This document shows, piece by piece, positions 13,488-25,637 of a DNA stretch of 50,029 bases (the stretch's first letter is position 1; the number at the start of each line of letters is the position of its first letter). The stretch comes from Octopus sinensis (taxonomy: Eukaryota). Made by a program: the position numbers and the translations under genes. The stretch spans positions 1 to 50,029 of the forward strand of contig NW_021834242.1 in assembly GCF_006345805.1 (NCBI RefSeq), in the 5' to 3' direction. A model generated the notes under the pieces. That model saw only the letters and a list, made by a program, of their open reading frames with translations, was not told the DNA's origin and ran no database searches.

Positions 13488-14625
13488 GGTCCAGATGGTT
13501 TCCCAGCCATCCTCCTCAAAGCGTGTAAGCATGCCCTGGCAAAACCCCTCAAGATTCTCTTCCAGAGCTTTCTTGCGAATGGCAAACTGCCAAGCAAGCT
13601 GAAGGAGGAATAATATGCCCAATACATAAAGGGGGAAGTAGAGCAGATGCCCAAAACTATAGGCCTATCTCTCTGACTTCACACATCAGCAAAGTCATGG
13701 AACGGATAGTCAGAAAGAAACTAAACGCATTCCTTGAGGAAAATAACTTGCTGAGTGATAGCCAGCATGGTTTTCGACCAGGTAGGAGCTGCCTGACCCA
13801 GCTCTTACAACATTATGACTGGGTGTTGAGGCAGTTACTCAACAAATCAAATGTGGACGTAATCTACCTTGATTTTGCAAAAGCTTTTGACAAGGTATAT
13901 AATGGTATGATATGCCACAAACTGCGTGACCTCGGCATATCTGGAAAACTGGAGTGTGGTTACATGACTTCCTGAAAGATAGGAGTCAGGCAGTAGTGGT
14001 TAATGGAGCCACCTCTATGAACACACAAATAGTGAGCGGTGTTCCACAGGGCACTGTCTTGGGACCACTGCTTTTTATAGTGACCCTCTCAGATATGCCC
14101 TCAAATGCCCAGATAGCCACTCTGGCCAGCTATGCAGACGACACGAAAGTCTCGCAGAAAATACAGAACCCCAGCGATGTTGCACATCTGCAGCAGGAGT
14201 TGGACTAAATCTACAGATGGGCTGAGGATAATAATATGCAGTTTAATGCTGAAAAATTCCAGGCCCTGCGCTACCAGCATCCAAAACTGAATATTAAACT
14301 TACAGGATACACCGGTCCACAGGGAATTTCAATCCCAGAACCTAAGTCTGTGAGGGACCTGGGTATCGACATGAGTGATGATACCTCTTTCCAAGTGCAC
14401 ATTACCAGGATGGCGACAAAGTGCAGACGACTGGCTGGGTGGATCCTAAGAACATTCAGAACCAGAGATAAGGAAACCATGATGGTCCTCTGGCGGACAT
14501 TCGTCCTCAGCCGCCTGGATTACTGCTCACAACTATGGTCACCCACCAGTGTAAAATTAACAGCGGACCTTGAAGCAATCCAGAGAAGATTTACAAAGAA
14601 GATCGTCTCTTTGCAACAGCTCAGC
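13488..14625 (+). mobile_element. CR1/L2-group LINE RT fragment (truncated at both ends)
   Basis: GPDGFPAILLK, NYRPISLTS, SQHGFRPGRSC, YLDFAKAFD, SGVPQGTVLGPLLF, YADDT and DYCSQLWSP, with frameshifts and stops. Confidence 0.92.
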
Positions 14626-14627
14626 TC

Positions 14628-14678
14628 TTTTACTTGTTTCAGTCATTTGACTGTGGCCATGCTGGAGCACCACCTTTA
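14628..14678 (-). mobile_element. SINE family 1 terminal fragment
   Basis: tttacttgtttcagtcatttgactgtggccatgctggagcacc is shared with copies at 31722, 32452, 44935, 48045, 49500 and 49965. Confidence 0.8.
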
Positions 14679-14685
14679 TCACCTT

Positions 14686-15218
14686 GGGCTAGGAAAGATA
14701 CTAGAAACTTTTTGGATATAACTATGGGGGCAACAGATTCTGCTCAGGATACTGATTTAGTAGGTATTTATTATCAGAACTTCAATTATAATGATTAATT
14801 ATGATCTAGGAAAGATACTAGAAGATTTTTAGATATACCTATGGGAGCACCAGATTCTGCTCAGGCTAATGATTTACTAGGTATTTATTTTTATCAGAAC
14901 TTCAATTATAATGATAAATTATGATCTAGGAAAGATACTAGAAGCTTTTTAGATATACCTATGGGAGCACCAGATTCTGCTCAGGCTAATGATTTACTAG
15001 GTATTTATTTATTATCAGAACTTCAATTATAATAATAAATTATGGGCTAAGAAAGATACTAGAAACTGTTTTGATATACCTATTGGGTCACCAGATTCTG
15101 CTCAGGCTACTGATTTAGTAGGTATTAATTTATTATCAGAACTTCAATTATAATAATAAATTATGGGCTAGGAAAGATACTAGAAGCTTTTTTGATATAC
15201 CTATGGGGTCACCAGATT
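14686..15218. repeat. Tandem array of a ~117-121-bp unit (~4.5 copies)
   Basis: ctaggaaagatact-type anchor recurs at 14689, 14806, 14926, 15047 (ctaagaaag variant) and 15168. Confidence 0.95.
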
Positions 15219-17610
15219 GCTAGAAATAGCATTCAAATCTTCCTCAGATCACACTTTTCTATACTAATGGACCAATGTCAGATCTTCTAAATAGTTGCTT
15301 GACTTGCAAGATATAGCAGTCAAATCTTCCTCATATTGCACTTTTCTATTCTAATGGAACAATTTTAGACACTCTAAATAGTAGCTTCACTTGCAAGAAA
15401 TAGTAGTCAAATCTCCGTATTATCACACATTTCTATTCTAATGGAACAATGTCAGATCCTCTAAATAGTTGTTTGACTTGCTAGAAATAACTGTAAAATC
15501 TTCATCAGATCATATTTTTCTATTCTAATGGACCAATGTCACATCCTCTAAATAGTTGCTTAACTTGGTAGAAATAACAGTCAAATCTCCCTCAGATCAC
15601 ACTTTTCTATTCTAATGGACAAATGTCAGATGCTCTTAATTAGTGCTTGACTTGCTCGAAAGAGCAGTCATATCTTAATCAGATCACACTTTTCTATTCT
15701 TATGGACCAATGCCAGAGCCACTAAATAGTTTCTTAACTTGCTAGAAATAGCAGGCAAGTCTTCCTTAGATCACACTTTTCTACTCTAATGGAACAATGT
15801 CAGATCCGCAAAATAATTGTTTCACTTGCTAGAAACAGCAGTCAAATCTCCCTCAGATCAGACTTTTCTGTTCTAATCGACCAATGTCACGAGCTCTTAA
15901 TAGTTGCTTGACTTGCTAGAGAGAGGAAACAAATCTTTTTCAGATCACTCTTTTCTATTCCAATAAACCAATGTCAGACCCTCTAAGTAGTTGCTTGACT
16001 TGCTAGAAATAGCAGTCAAAACATCCTGAGATCACAGTTTTCTATTCTAATGGAAGAATGTCAGATCATCTAAATAAAAGCTTGACTTGCTAGAAATAGC
16101 TATCAAATGTTCCTCTGATCACACTATTCTACTCTAATGGAACAATGTTAAATCCTCTAAATAGTTGCTTTACTTGCTAGAAATAGCAGTCAAATCTTAA
16201 TCAGAGCACACTTTTCTATTCTCATGGACTGATGTCAGAACCTCTAAATAGTTTCTTGACTTCCTAAAAATAACAGTCAAATCTTCCTCAGCTCATGCTT
16301 TTCTATTCTAATGGACCAATGTCAGCTCCTCTAAATAGATCCTTGACTTGCTAGTAATAGTAGTCAAATCTCAGTATTATCACACTTTTTTATTCTAATG
16401 GAACAATATCAGATCCTCTAAATAGTTGCTTGACTGGCTAGAAATAGAAATTACATCCTCCTCAGATTACATTCTTCGATTCTAATGGAACAATGTCAGA
16501 ACCTCTAAATAGTTTCTTGACTTGCAAAAAATAACAGACAAATCTCCATCAGATCAAACGTTTCTATACTAATGGACCAATGTCAGATCCTCAAAATAAG
16601 TTGCTTCACTTGCTAGAAATAGCAATCAAACCTTCCTCAGATCACTTTACTATCCTAATGGAACAATGTCAGATCCTCTAAATAGCTGCTTGACTTTCTA
16701 AAAATAGCAGACAAATCTCCTTCAGATCACACTTTTCTATTCTAATGGACCAATATCAGATCATCTAAACAGTTGCTAGACTTGCTAGAAATAGCAGTCA
16801 AATCCCCTCAGATGAAACCTTCTTTTCTAATGGACCAATGTCAGATCCTCTAAATAGTTGGTTGTCTGGCAAGAAATAGCAGTCAAATCTCCCCCAGTTC
16901 ACGATTTTCTATACTAGTGGACCAATATCAGATCCTCTAAATAGTTGGTTGTCTGGCAAGAAATAGCAGTCAAATCTCCCTCAGATCACACATTTCTATT
17001 CAAATAGACCAATGTCAGATCCTCTAAATTAAAGCTTCAATTGCTAGAAATAGCAATCAAGGTTCCTCACATCACTCGCTTCTATTCTAATGGAACAATG
17101 TCAGACATTCTAAATAGTTGATAGAGTTGCTAGAAATAGCAATCAAATCTTCTTCAGATCAGACTTTTCTTTTCTAATGCACCGATATAAGATCTTCTAA
17201 ATAGTTGCTTGACTTGCTATAATTGACAGGAAAATCTTCCTTATATCACACTTTTCTATTCTAATGGACCAATGTCAGATGCTCTTAATAGTTGCTTGAC
17301 TTGCTAGAAAGAGGAGACAAATCTTCCTCAGATCACACTTTTCTATTCTAATAGACCAATGTCAGATCTTCTAAATAGTTGCTTGCTTTGCTAGAAATAG
17401 CAGTCAAAACTTCCTTTAGATGACATTTTTCTATTCTAATAGACCAATGTGAGATCCTCTAAATAGTTCCTTGACTTGCTAGAAATAGTAGTCAAATCTC
17501 CCTCAGATCACTCATTTCTATTCTAATGACCAATGTCACATGCTCTTAATAGTTGTTTGAATTTCTAGAAAGAGGAGACAAATCTTCCTCAGATCACACT
17601 TTTCTATTCT

Positions 17611-18025
17611 AAAGGCTGAAGACGCTCGACCTTTATTCTCTAGAAAAACGACGACGCCGTGGAGATCTCATTCTTGCTCACAACATCATAAGCGGAAAGT
17701 GTAACCTCTCAAAAGAGCTGTTCTTCACTCCTGCTCCAGAGTGTCGGCTGCGGGGTCATTCCGAAAAGCTCTATCTGCGACGATTTCATCTCAATCGAAG
17801 GAGAGGAGCTTTCTCCATCCGGGTTGTAGATCAGTGGAATAAGCTGCCAGACGACATGGTGAAGATGCCGATGACCGCTCGGTTCAAAGTCTCCCTTGAC
17901 CTCAAGTGGCCTGAACTCTTTACCACCCTGTACATAACTCCACCCTGTACATAACTCCTTGTCCCCCTACATGGTCTTGCTGTTTGCTTTTTGAGCCAAA
18001 AAATTAACTAACTAACTAACTAACT
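17611..18025 (+). mobile_element. 3'-end fragment of L2/CR1-type LINE (same family as 20953-23683), (TAAC)n tail, inserted in satellite
   Basis: Highly similar to 23287-23683; has a private 17-bp tandem duplication caccctgtacataactc at 17924-17957. Confidence 0.93.
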
Positions 18026-18632
18026 AAAAGACCAATGAGAGATTCTCTAAATAGTTCCATCACTTGCTAGAAAGAGCAGTCAAAATTTCCTTTCGATCAA
18101 ACTTTTCTGTTCTTATGTACCATTGTCATGACCTCTAAATAGTTGCTTGATTTGCAAGAAATAGCAGTCAACCTTCCTAAGATCACACTTTTCTATTCTA
18201 ATGGACCAATATCAGATCCTCTAAATAGTTGCTTCACTTGCTAGAAATGGCGATCAAATCTTCATCAGATTACACTTTTTTATTCTAATGGAACAATGTC
18301 AGATCGTCTAAATAAAAGCTTGACTTGCTAGAAATAGCAGTCAAGTCTTCCTTAGATCATACTTTTCTATTTTAATAGAACAATGTCAGATCGTCTAAAT
18401 AAAAGCTTGACTTGCTAGAAATAGCAATCAAATCTTACTCAGATTACACTTTTCTATTCTAATGGAACAATGTCAAGACTTCAAAATAATTGCTAGACTT
18501 GATAGAAATAGCAGTCAATCTCCCTCAGATCACAATTTTCTATTCTAATCGACAACTGTCAGATCCTCTAAATATGTGCTTTCCTTGCAAAATGTAGCAG
18601 TAAAATCAACCTCAGACAACACTTTTCTATTC

Positions 18633-18634
<2 letters not shown>

Positions 18635-18686
<52 letters not shown>

Positions 18687-19836
18687 TGTGTACAGTGCTC
18701 AGGTGCACTACAACTCATCTAAAGTGTATATATAATCAGGTGTAGTTTCGGCGTATTTCGGAAAGCATGAGGGCCTTAAAGGATGCAGTGTCATGGCAGT
18801 CAACAACTGACGCAGGCAGTTTATTCCATGCTTCAGCAACTCTGAGCGTGAAAAAATGTTTCCGAAAGTCATGGGAGCTGTGTTGTTTTCTGACTTTGTA
18901 GGCATGTCCACGTGTGTTAGACACATGGAGATCAAAAAGGTGTTCAGTGTTGTTGTTGGTGAGGTGGTTGATAACCTTGTGGGTGTTTACCAAGTCCGTC
19001 GCCAGACGCCGGAGCTTCAGTGAATCCATGCCCAGGGAAACAAGGCGTTCAGAATATGGTAGGTGTCTGATGGAGGGTATGCGTTTGGTTGCACATCTCT
19101 GGACAGATTCCAGGAGGTCAATGTTCTGAGCAAGATAGGGATTCCAAACTGATGATGCGAATTCCAAGTGTGGTCGTACCATAGCTGTATACAGTTTTAA
19201 ATAGATGGCTGGAGAGCGGCTAACAAAAGTCTTGCTGAATGATGCCAAGACACCCACGGCCTTCTTGACAATTTTAGAGATATGCTTTGTCCAACGCAAA
19301 TCACTGCTGACAGTGATGCCTAGGTCACGCTCGCAAGAGGATTTCTTGATATCAGTGTTGTGGAGGGAGTATGTGGACGCAGGGTTTTTTCTCCCAAAAT
19401 GCATGGTGGTACACTTGTCCACAGCCAGTTTCAGTTGCCAGTCTGTGATCCATTGCTGCATTGTGTCTAGGTCTGATTGCAGGAAGGAGTTGTAGACATC
19501 AGGATCAGTCCTCTTGATTTCAAGGTACAGCTTGATGTCGTCTGCATATTTCAATACTGTGGCATTCTTTAAATTGGCATCTATGTCATTAATGTATGCC
19601 ACAAACAGGAGGGGACCAAGGACAGATCCCTGTGGTACACCCGATGACATCTCATATGGTGTAAAGTGTTGTCCTAGAACTGTGACTACCTCCTTTCGGC
19701 TGAGGATGAAGGATTTCAACCAGTTAAAAAGGTCATCCCCCACACCCATTGCAGAGAGATTCACCATAAGCTTTTGTGTGGCACAGAGTTGAAAGCCTTA
19801 GCAAAATCAAGGTAGACAACATCCACCCATGAGCCA
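18635..19836 (-). mobile_element. 5'-truncated CR1/L2-type LINE with (ATT)n sense-strand tail, inserted in satellite
   Basis: Uninterrupted 343-codon ORF 18736-19767 (SGVPQGSVLGPLLF, YADDIKLY, VRPHLEFASSVWNP), preceded by VVYLDFAKAF in another frame. Its 3' end is near-identical to 31812-32075. Confidence 0.94.
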
Positions 19837-20952
19837 CTAATGGTAGAATGTCAGATCGTCTAAATAAAAGCTTGACTTGCTAGAAATAGCTGTCAAATCT
19901 TCATCATATCACTCTTTTCTACTCTAATGGACCAATGTCAGATCCTCTAAATAGTTACTAGACTTGCTAGAAATAGTAGTCAAATCTTCATCAGATCACA
20001 CTTTTCTATTCTAATTGAACAATGTCAGATCTCTAAATAGTTGCTAGACTTATATCAGACTTTTCTATTTTAATGGAACAATATCAAATCCTCTAAATAT
20101 TAGCTTCACTTGCTAGAAATAACAGTCAAATCTCCCTTAGATCACACTTTTCTGTATTAATGGATCAATGCCAGTTACTCTAAATAGTTGCTTGACTTGC
20201 TAAAAATAGCAGTGAAACCTTCCTCAGATCACACTTTTCTACTCTAATGGAAGAATGTCAGATTGTCTAAATAAAAGCTTGATTTGCTAGAAATAGCAAT
20301 CAAATGTTCCTCAGATCACTCGTTTCTTATCTAATGGACCAATGTCAGATCCTCAAAATAGTTCCTTGACTTGCTAGAAATATCTATAAAATCTTCCTCA
20401 GATCAAACTTTTCTATTTAATAGACCAATGTCAGATCCTCTAAATAGTTGCTTGTCTTGCTAGAAATAGCAATCAAATCTTAATCAGATCACTATTCTCA
20501 TGGACCAATGTCAGAACCTCTAAATAGTTTCTTGACTGGCTAAAAAAAACAGTCAAATCTTCCTCAGCTCACGCTTTTCTATCTAATGGACCAATGTCAG
20601 ATCCTCTAAATAGTTCTTTGACTTGCTAAAAATAGTAGTCAAATCTCCGTATTATCACAATTTTCTATTCTAATGGAACAACATCAGATCCTCTAAATCC
20701 TTGCTTGACTTGCTAGAAATAGAAATCAAATCTTCCTCAGATTACACTCTTCTATTCTACTGGAACAATGTCAAGATCTCTAAATAGTTGCTTGACATGC
20801 TAGAATTAGCAGTCGAATCTCCCTCAGATCACAATTTTCTATACTAATTGACCAATGTTAGATCATGTAAATATTTGCTTTCCTTGGTAGAAATAGCAGT
20901 CAATCTCCCTCAGATCACACATTTCTATTCTAATGACCAATGTCACATGCTC

Positions 20953-23683
20953 AGAAATCCACCTGCAGGGCTACGTCCTTTTCAGATGTGACAGAGGAAA
21001 AAGGCGATGTGGAGGTGTTGCTGTGTATGTTAAGTCTGAGCACAAACCGTCCAGCGGTATTCTACCCACTAATGCTCAACCTACAACAAAATTCGATGCT
21101 GTCTATTGCAAGCTGAGCCTATCTGAGTTTTGCCTGCCCGTGTTGGCTGTCTACAGGCCGCCTCTTGCCGACCCCCAGGACGATGCTCATTTACTCGAAG
21201 CGATAAGATTCGTTTCAGCTTCGCATGACTGTTTGGTACTAGGAGACTTCAACGCTCCCACGATCGATTGGCCCGCATCAATTTGTACAACATCTTCCCG
21301 GTTCGGCCAGGCCCTTCTTGACGTGGCTGAAGATTGTTTTCTATCGCAACATGTTGAATATCCGACAAGGCATCGGTCTGGGCAGCAGCCATCTATGCTA
21401 GATCTGGTATTCTCCCGCTATCCAAGATCAGTGTCAGACATATCTGTGTGCGCCCCTCTTGCCAAGAGTGATCATGCGGTCCTGAAGTTCGTCATGCACA
21501 CAACTTTTTCTACGCCCACGACTACTTCGCTGCCACATAGAGTCTTCTCTGCAATTAATCTTGAAATTCTAACCGAGGCTTCCGCACTTCTGGACTGGCG
21601 ATCCCTGATGATGTTGTCCTCAGTTGACGAACTATGGTCATCCCTCAAAGCATATGTAATCTGTTTGACTGACCAGGCAGTTCCCGTTGGGCTTCCCAAG
21701 AGGAAGAAACACAAGCCCTGGGTGACGAAGAAGGTTAAACGAGAACGTCGACTCAGAGATATTGCTTGGCTGAATTCAAAAATCTGGATTCGACTGCAGC
21801 TTTTGAGGTGTACAAAACCCAACGAGACCGAGCCGTGAAAATTGAAAAGAAAGAACGCTTCAGTTATGAATACAAAATCGCGACAAATGCCAGTAGCAAT
21901 CCAAAAACCTTCTTTGCCCATGTCCAGTGGAATTCCCGCTTGAACAACCAGATTGCAACGTTGGTAGACTCAACAGGCGTATCGATTGAGGACCCTTATC
22001 AACAGAGTCAATTATTTGCCGAGGCTTTTTCAACTATTTTCAAACAAGATGATGGTCGTGAACCCCCTCCATTTGATAGATCGGTACCTCCAATGCTTCG
22101 ATTGGTCATCACGCGGGACGAAGTCAAACGTGTTATTCAAGGCCTCGATGTCAACAAGGGTCACGGCCCTGACGGCATACACACACGGGTTATCAAAGCG
22201 TTGGCTCCAGTCATCTGCGAGCCCTTAACACGACTATTCAATATGTCATTGGCGACAGGTGTTATACCTGCAGACTGGAGAACAGCGATAATCTGCCCAA
22301 TTTTCAAGAAAGGAAGCCGCGAAGACCCGCTTAACTACCGACCGGTTTCCCTTACATCAATAATCAGCAAGATGTTCGAAACCATCCTTAAGAAAAGTAT
22401 GATGCTCCACCTCCTAAACATAGCCTCTATCTCTGATTCCCAACACGGCTTCGTGCCGAAGAGATCATGCTTGACCAACTTACTAGTAATGGAAGAATTG
22501 GTGACGCACATCCTCGATGATAGTGATGCTGTTGACATCGTTTTATTGGACTTTGCCAAAGCTTTTGACTCGGTAAACCACCACCTATTACTTGTCAAGC
22601 TTCAAGCATATACTTTCCATCCGGATATTGTACGATGGGTTGGTGCCTTCCTCTCAGATCGCTCCTTCCAAGTCCAGTTAATGGTTCGCGGTCCGACGTC
22701 TCCAGTGCGAGCAGTGGCGTGCCTCAAGGTTCAGTGCTTGGACCCTTGTTGTTCTTAGTCTTCATAAATGACTTGCCCGACGACCTCACGCAACACACCC
22801 TTCTATTTGCTGACGATATCAAACTGGTCGCTCCTCGCGGTAATATAGAGGATCTTCGTCGATGCCTCCACCAAATTTGGAAGTGGTCTAACGATTGGGA
22901 CCTGTGTCTGAACATGTCAAAGTGCTGTCATCTGCCTGTCAGCTTTACTCCTGCAACTCAACTTGATTCGAGCCGGGTCGTCTGCTGCTGGAGAGGACCG
23001 ATCAGGTAAAGGACCTGGGTATCTTGGTGGATTCCTCCTTTTCGCCTTCGGCCCAGTGCGTCCATGCTGCCAACAAAGCACGCGGAATTCTGTTCTTGAT
23101 TCAAGGGTCATTCAGAATGCTCACAGCAGCCATATTCCTACCACTCTATGTCACGCTAGTGAGACCCATATTGGAGTATGGGATTCAAGCCTCTTCTCCT
23201 TATCTCCTCAAAGACATACAGCATCTCGAAAGAGTCCAGAAGCTGGCTACCCGCATGGTTCATGGTCTCAAAATTTGTTCTACGAAGAAAGGCTGAGGAC
23301 GCTCGACCTTTATTCTCTTGAAAAACGCCGCCGCCGTGGTGATCTCATTCTCGCCCACAACATCATAAGCGGAAAGTGTAACCTCTCGAAAGAGCTGTTC
23401 TTCACTCCTGCTCCAGAGCGTCGGCTGCGGGGTCATTCCGAAAAGCTCTACCTGCGACGATTTCATCTCAATCGAAGGAGAGGAGCTTTCTCCGTCCGGG
23501 TTGCGGATCCGTGGAACAAGCTGCCAGACGAGATGGTGAAGATGCCGACGACCGCTTGTTCAAAGCCTCCCTGGACCTCAAGTGGCCTGAACTCTTTACA
23601 TGAACACCACCCTGTACTTAACTCCATGTCCCCCTACATGGCCTTGCTATTTGCTTTTGAGCCAAATTAACTAACTAACTAAC
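20953..23683 (+). mobile_element. 5'-truncated L2/CR1-type LINE (APE endonuclease remnant plus RT), (TAAC)n tail, inserted in satellite
   Basis: APE motifs VYRPP, VLGDFN and SDH; RT motifs GPDGI, NYRPVSLTS, QHGFVPKRSC, LDFAKAFD, SGVPQGSVLGP and FADDIKL; several frameshifts. Confidence 0.95.
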
Positions 23684-24522
23684 ATAATAGTTGCTTGACT
23701 TTCTAGAAAGAGGAGACAAATCTTCCTCAGATCACACTTTTCTATTCTAAAAGACCAATGACAGATTCTCTAAATAGTTCCTTCACTTGCTAGAAAGATG
23801 AGTCAAAACTTCCTTGGATCAAACTTTTCTATTCTTATGGCCATTGTCACAACCTCTAAATAGTTGCTTGATTTGCAAAAAATAGCAGTCAACCTTCTTA
23901 AGACCACACTTTTCTATTCTAATGGACCAATATCAGATCCTCTAAATACTTGCTTGATTTGCAAGAAATAGCAGTCAAATCTTTCTCAGATCACACTTTT
24001 CTATTCCAATGGAACAATGTCAAATCCTCTAAATAGTTGCTTGACTTGCTAGAAATAGCAGTCAAATCTTAATCAGATCACACTTTTCTATTCTCATGGA
24101 CCAATATCAGAGCCTCTAAATAGTTTCTAAACTTGCTAAAAATAGCAGTCAAATCTTCTTCAGCTCACGCTTTTCTATTCTAATGACTAATGTCAGATCC
24201 TCTAAATAGTTCCTTGACTTGCTAGAAATATTAGTCAAATCTCAGTATTATCACACTTTTCTATTCTAATAGAACAATATCAGATCCTCTAAATAGTTGC
24301 TTCACTTGCTAGAAATAGCAGTCAAGTCTTCCTAGATCATACTTTCTATTCTAATGGAACAATGTCAGATCGTCTAAATAAAAGCTTGACTTGCTAGAAA
24401 TAGCAATCAAATCTTAGTCAGATTACACTTTTCTATTCTAATGGAACAATGTCAAGATATCTAAATAGTTGCTAGACTTGATAGAAATAGCTGTCAAATC
24501 TCCCTCAGATCACAATTTTCTA

Positions 24523-25262
24523 AGAAGCATCAGTTGTGGTGTGCAAGAGAGACGTTTGCGCTGGTATGGTCATGTGGCGAGAATGGATGAAGATAGTACC
24601 ACACCCTAGCGGTTGAGGGAACCTGTGGAAGAGGCAGACCCAGGAAAACCTGGGACGAGGTGGTGAAGCACGACCTTCGAACTTTAGGTCTCACTGAGGA
24701 AATGACTAGAGACCGAGACCTCTGGAAGTGTGCTGTGCGCGAGAAGACCCGGCAGGACAAGTGAGTCCATAACCCATGGCCTTCTACATGGGATGGAGCC
24801 TGCTTACGTATGCATACCTTCCCTTCTTGGGACACAAAACTCTACTTGTGAAGACCTGTTGAGGCAAGTGTGGATCAGAATCGAAATCGATCAATGGAAA
24901 TTGCAGATGTGTTACCAGTGCCGGTGGCATGTAAGAGAACCTTCCGTTTCACGACCGTTGCCAGCACCGCCCCGTTTCATGTCCGTTGCCAGCCTCGCCT
25001 GGCCCTCGTGCCGGTGGCACATAAAAAGCACCATCCGTTCGTGGCCGTTTGCCAGCTCTGTTGGTACCTGTGCGGGTGGCACGTAAAAAGCACCCACTAC
25101 ACTCACGGAGTGGTTGGCGTTAGGAAGGGCATCCAGCCGTAGAAAACACTGCCAGATCTGACTGGGCCTGATGAAGCCTTCTGGCTTCACAGACCCCAGT
25201 AGAACCGTCCAACCCATGCTAGCATGGAAAACAGACGCTAAACGATGATGATGATGATGATG
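24523..25262 (+). mobile_element. 3' end of an RTE-type LINE (ORF2 C-terminus, long 3' UTR, (GAT)n tail)
   Basis: 24530-24765 translates RRLRWYGHVARM...GRGRPRKTWDEVVKHDL...RDRDLWK; UTR contains tggttggcgttaggaagggcatccagccgtag. Confidence 0.85.
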
Positions 25263-25310
25263 ATATATATATATGTATACATATATATATATATACACAT
25301 ATATATATGT

Positions 25311-25352
<42 letters not shown>

Positions 25353-25514
25353 ACATATATATATGTATACATATATATATGTATACATATATATATATAT
25401 ATACATATATATATGCATGTATGTATACATATATATATGTATACATATATATATATATATACATATATATATGCATGTATGTATACATATATATATGTAT
25501 ACATATATATATGT

Positions 25515-25557
<43 letters not shown>

Positions 25558-25637
25558 TGTATGTATACATATATATATGTATACATATATATATATATAT
25601 GTATACATATATATATATCATCATCATCATCATCATC
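25263..25637. repeat. Quasi-palindromic (TA)n/ATATGTATACATAT array ending in (CAT)n
   Basis: Direct reading; the recurring unit atatatgtatacatatat is self-complementary. Confidence 0.95.

Larger units (their letters stand above)
15217..24522. repeat. 87-bp satellite, ~57 monomers after removing insertions
   Basis: Approximate consensus TTGACTTGCTAGAAATAGCAGTCAAATCTTCCTCAGATCACACTTTTCTATTCTAATGGACCAATGTCAGATCCTCTAAATAGTTGC; anchor spacing 15481 to 15568 is 87 bp. Confidence 0.97.

Noticed and set aside
15217-24522. Satellite as a CRISPR array or as a hammerhead-encoding satellite (CTGAGGA and GAAA occur on the minus strand)
   Set aside because: Monomers are contiguous with no unique spacers and there are no cas genes. 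CUGAGGA and GAAA are ~66 nt apart, with no compatible stem II closure, stem III or NUH that I could fit.
25168-25200. ctgatga as a second hammerhead
   Set aside because: No GAAA or stem III follows; it is part of the RTE 3' UTR.
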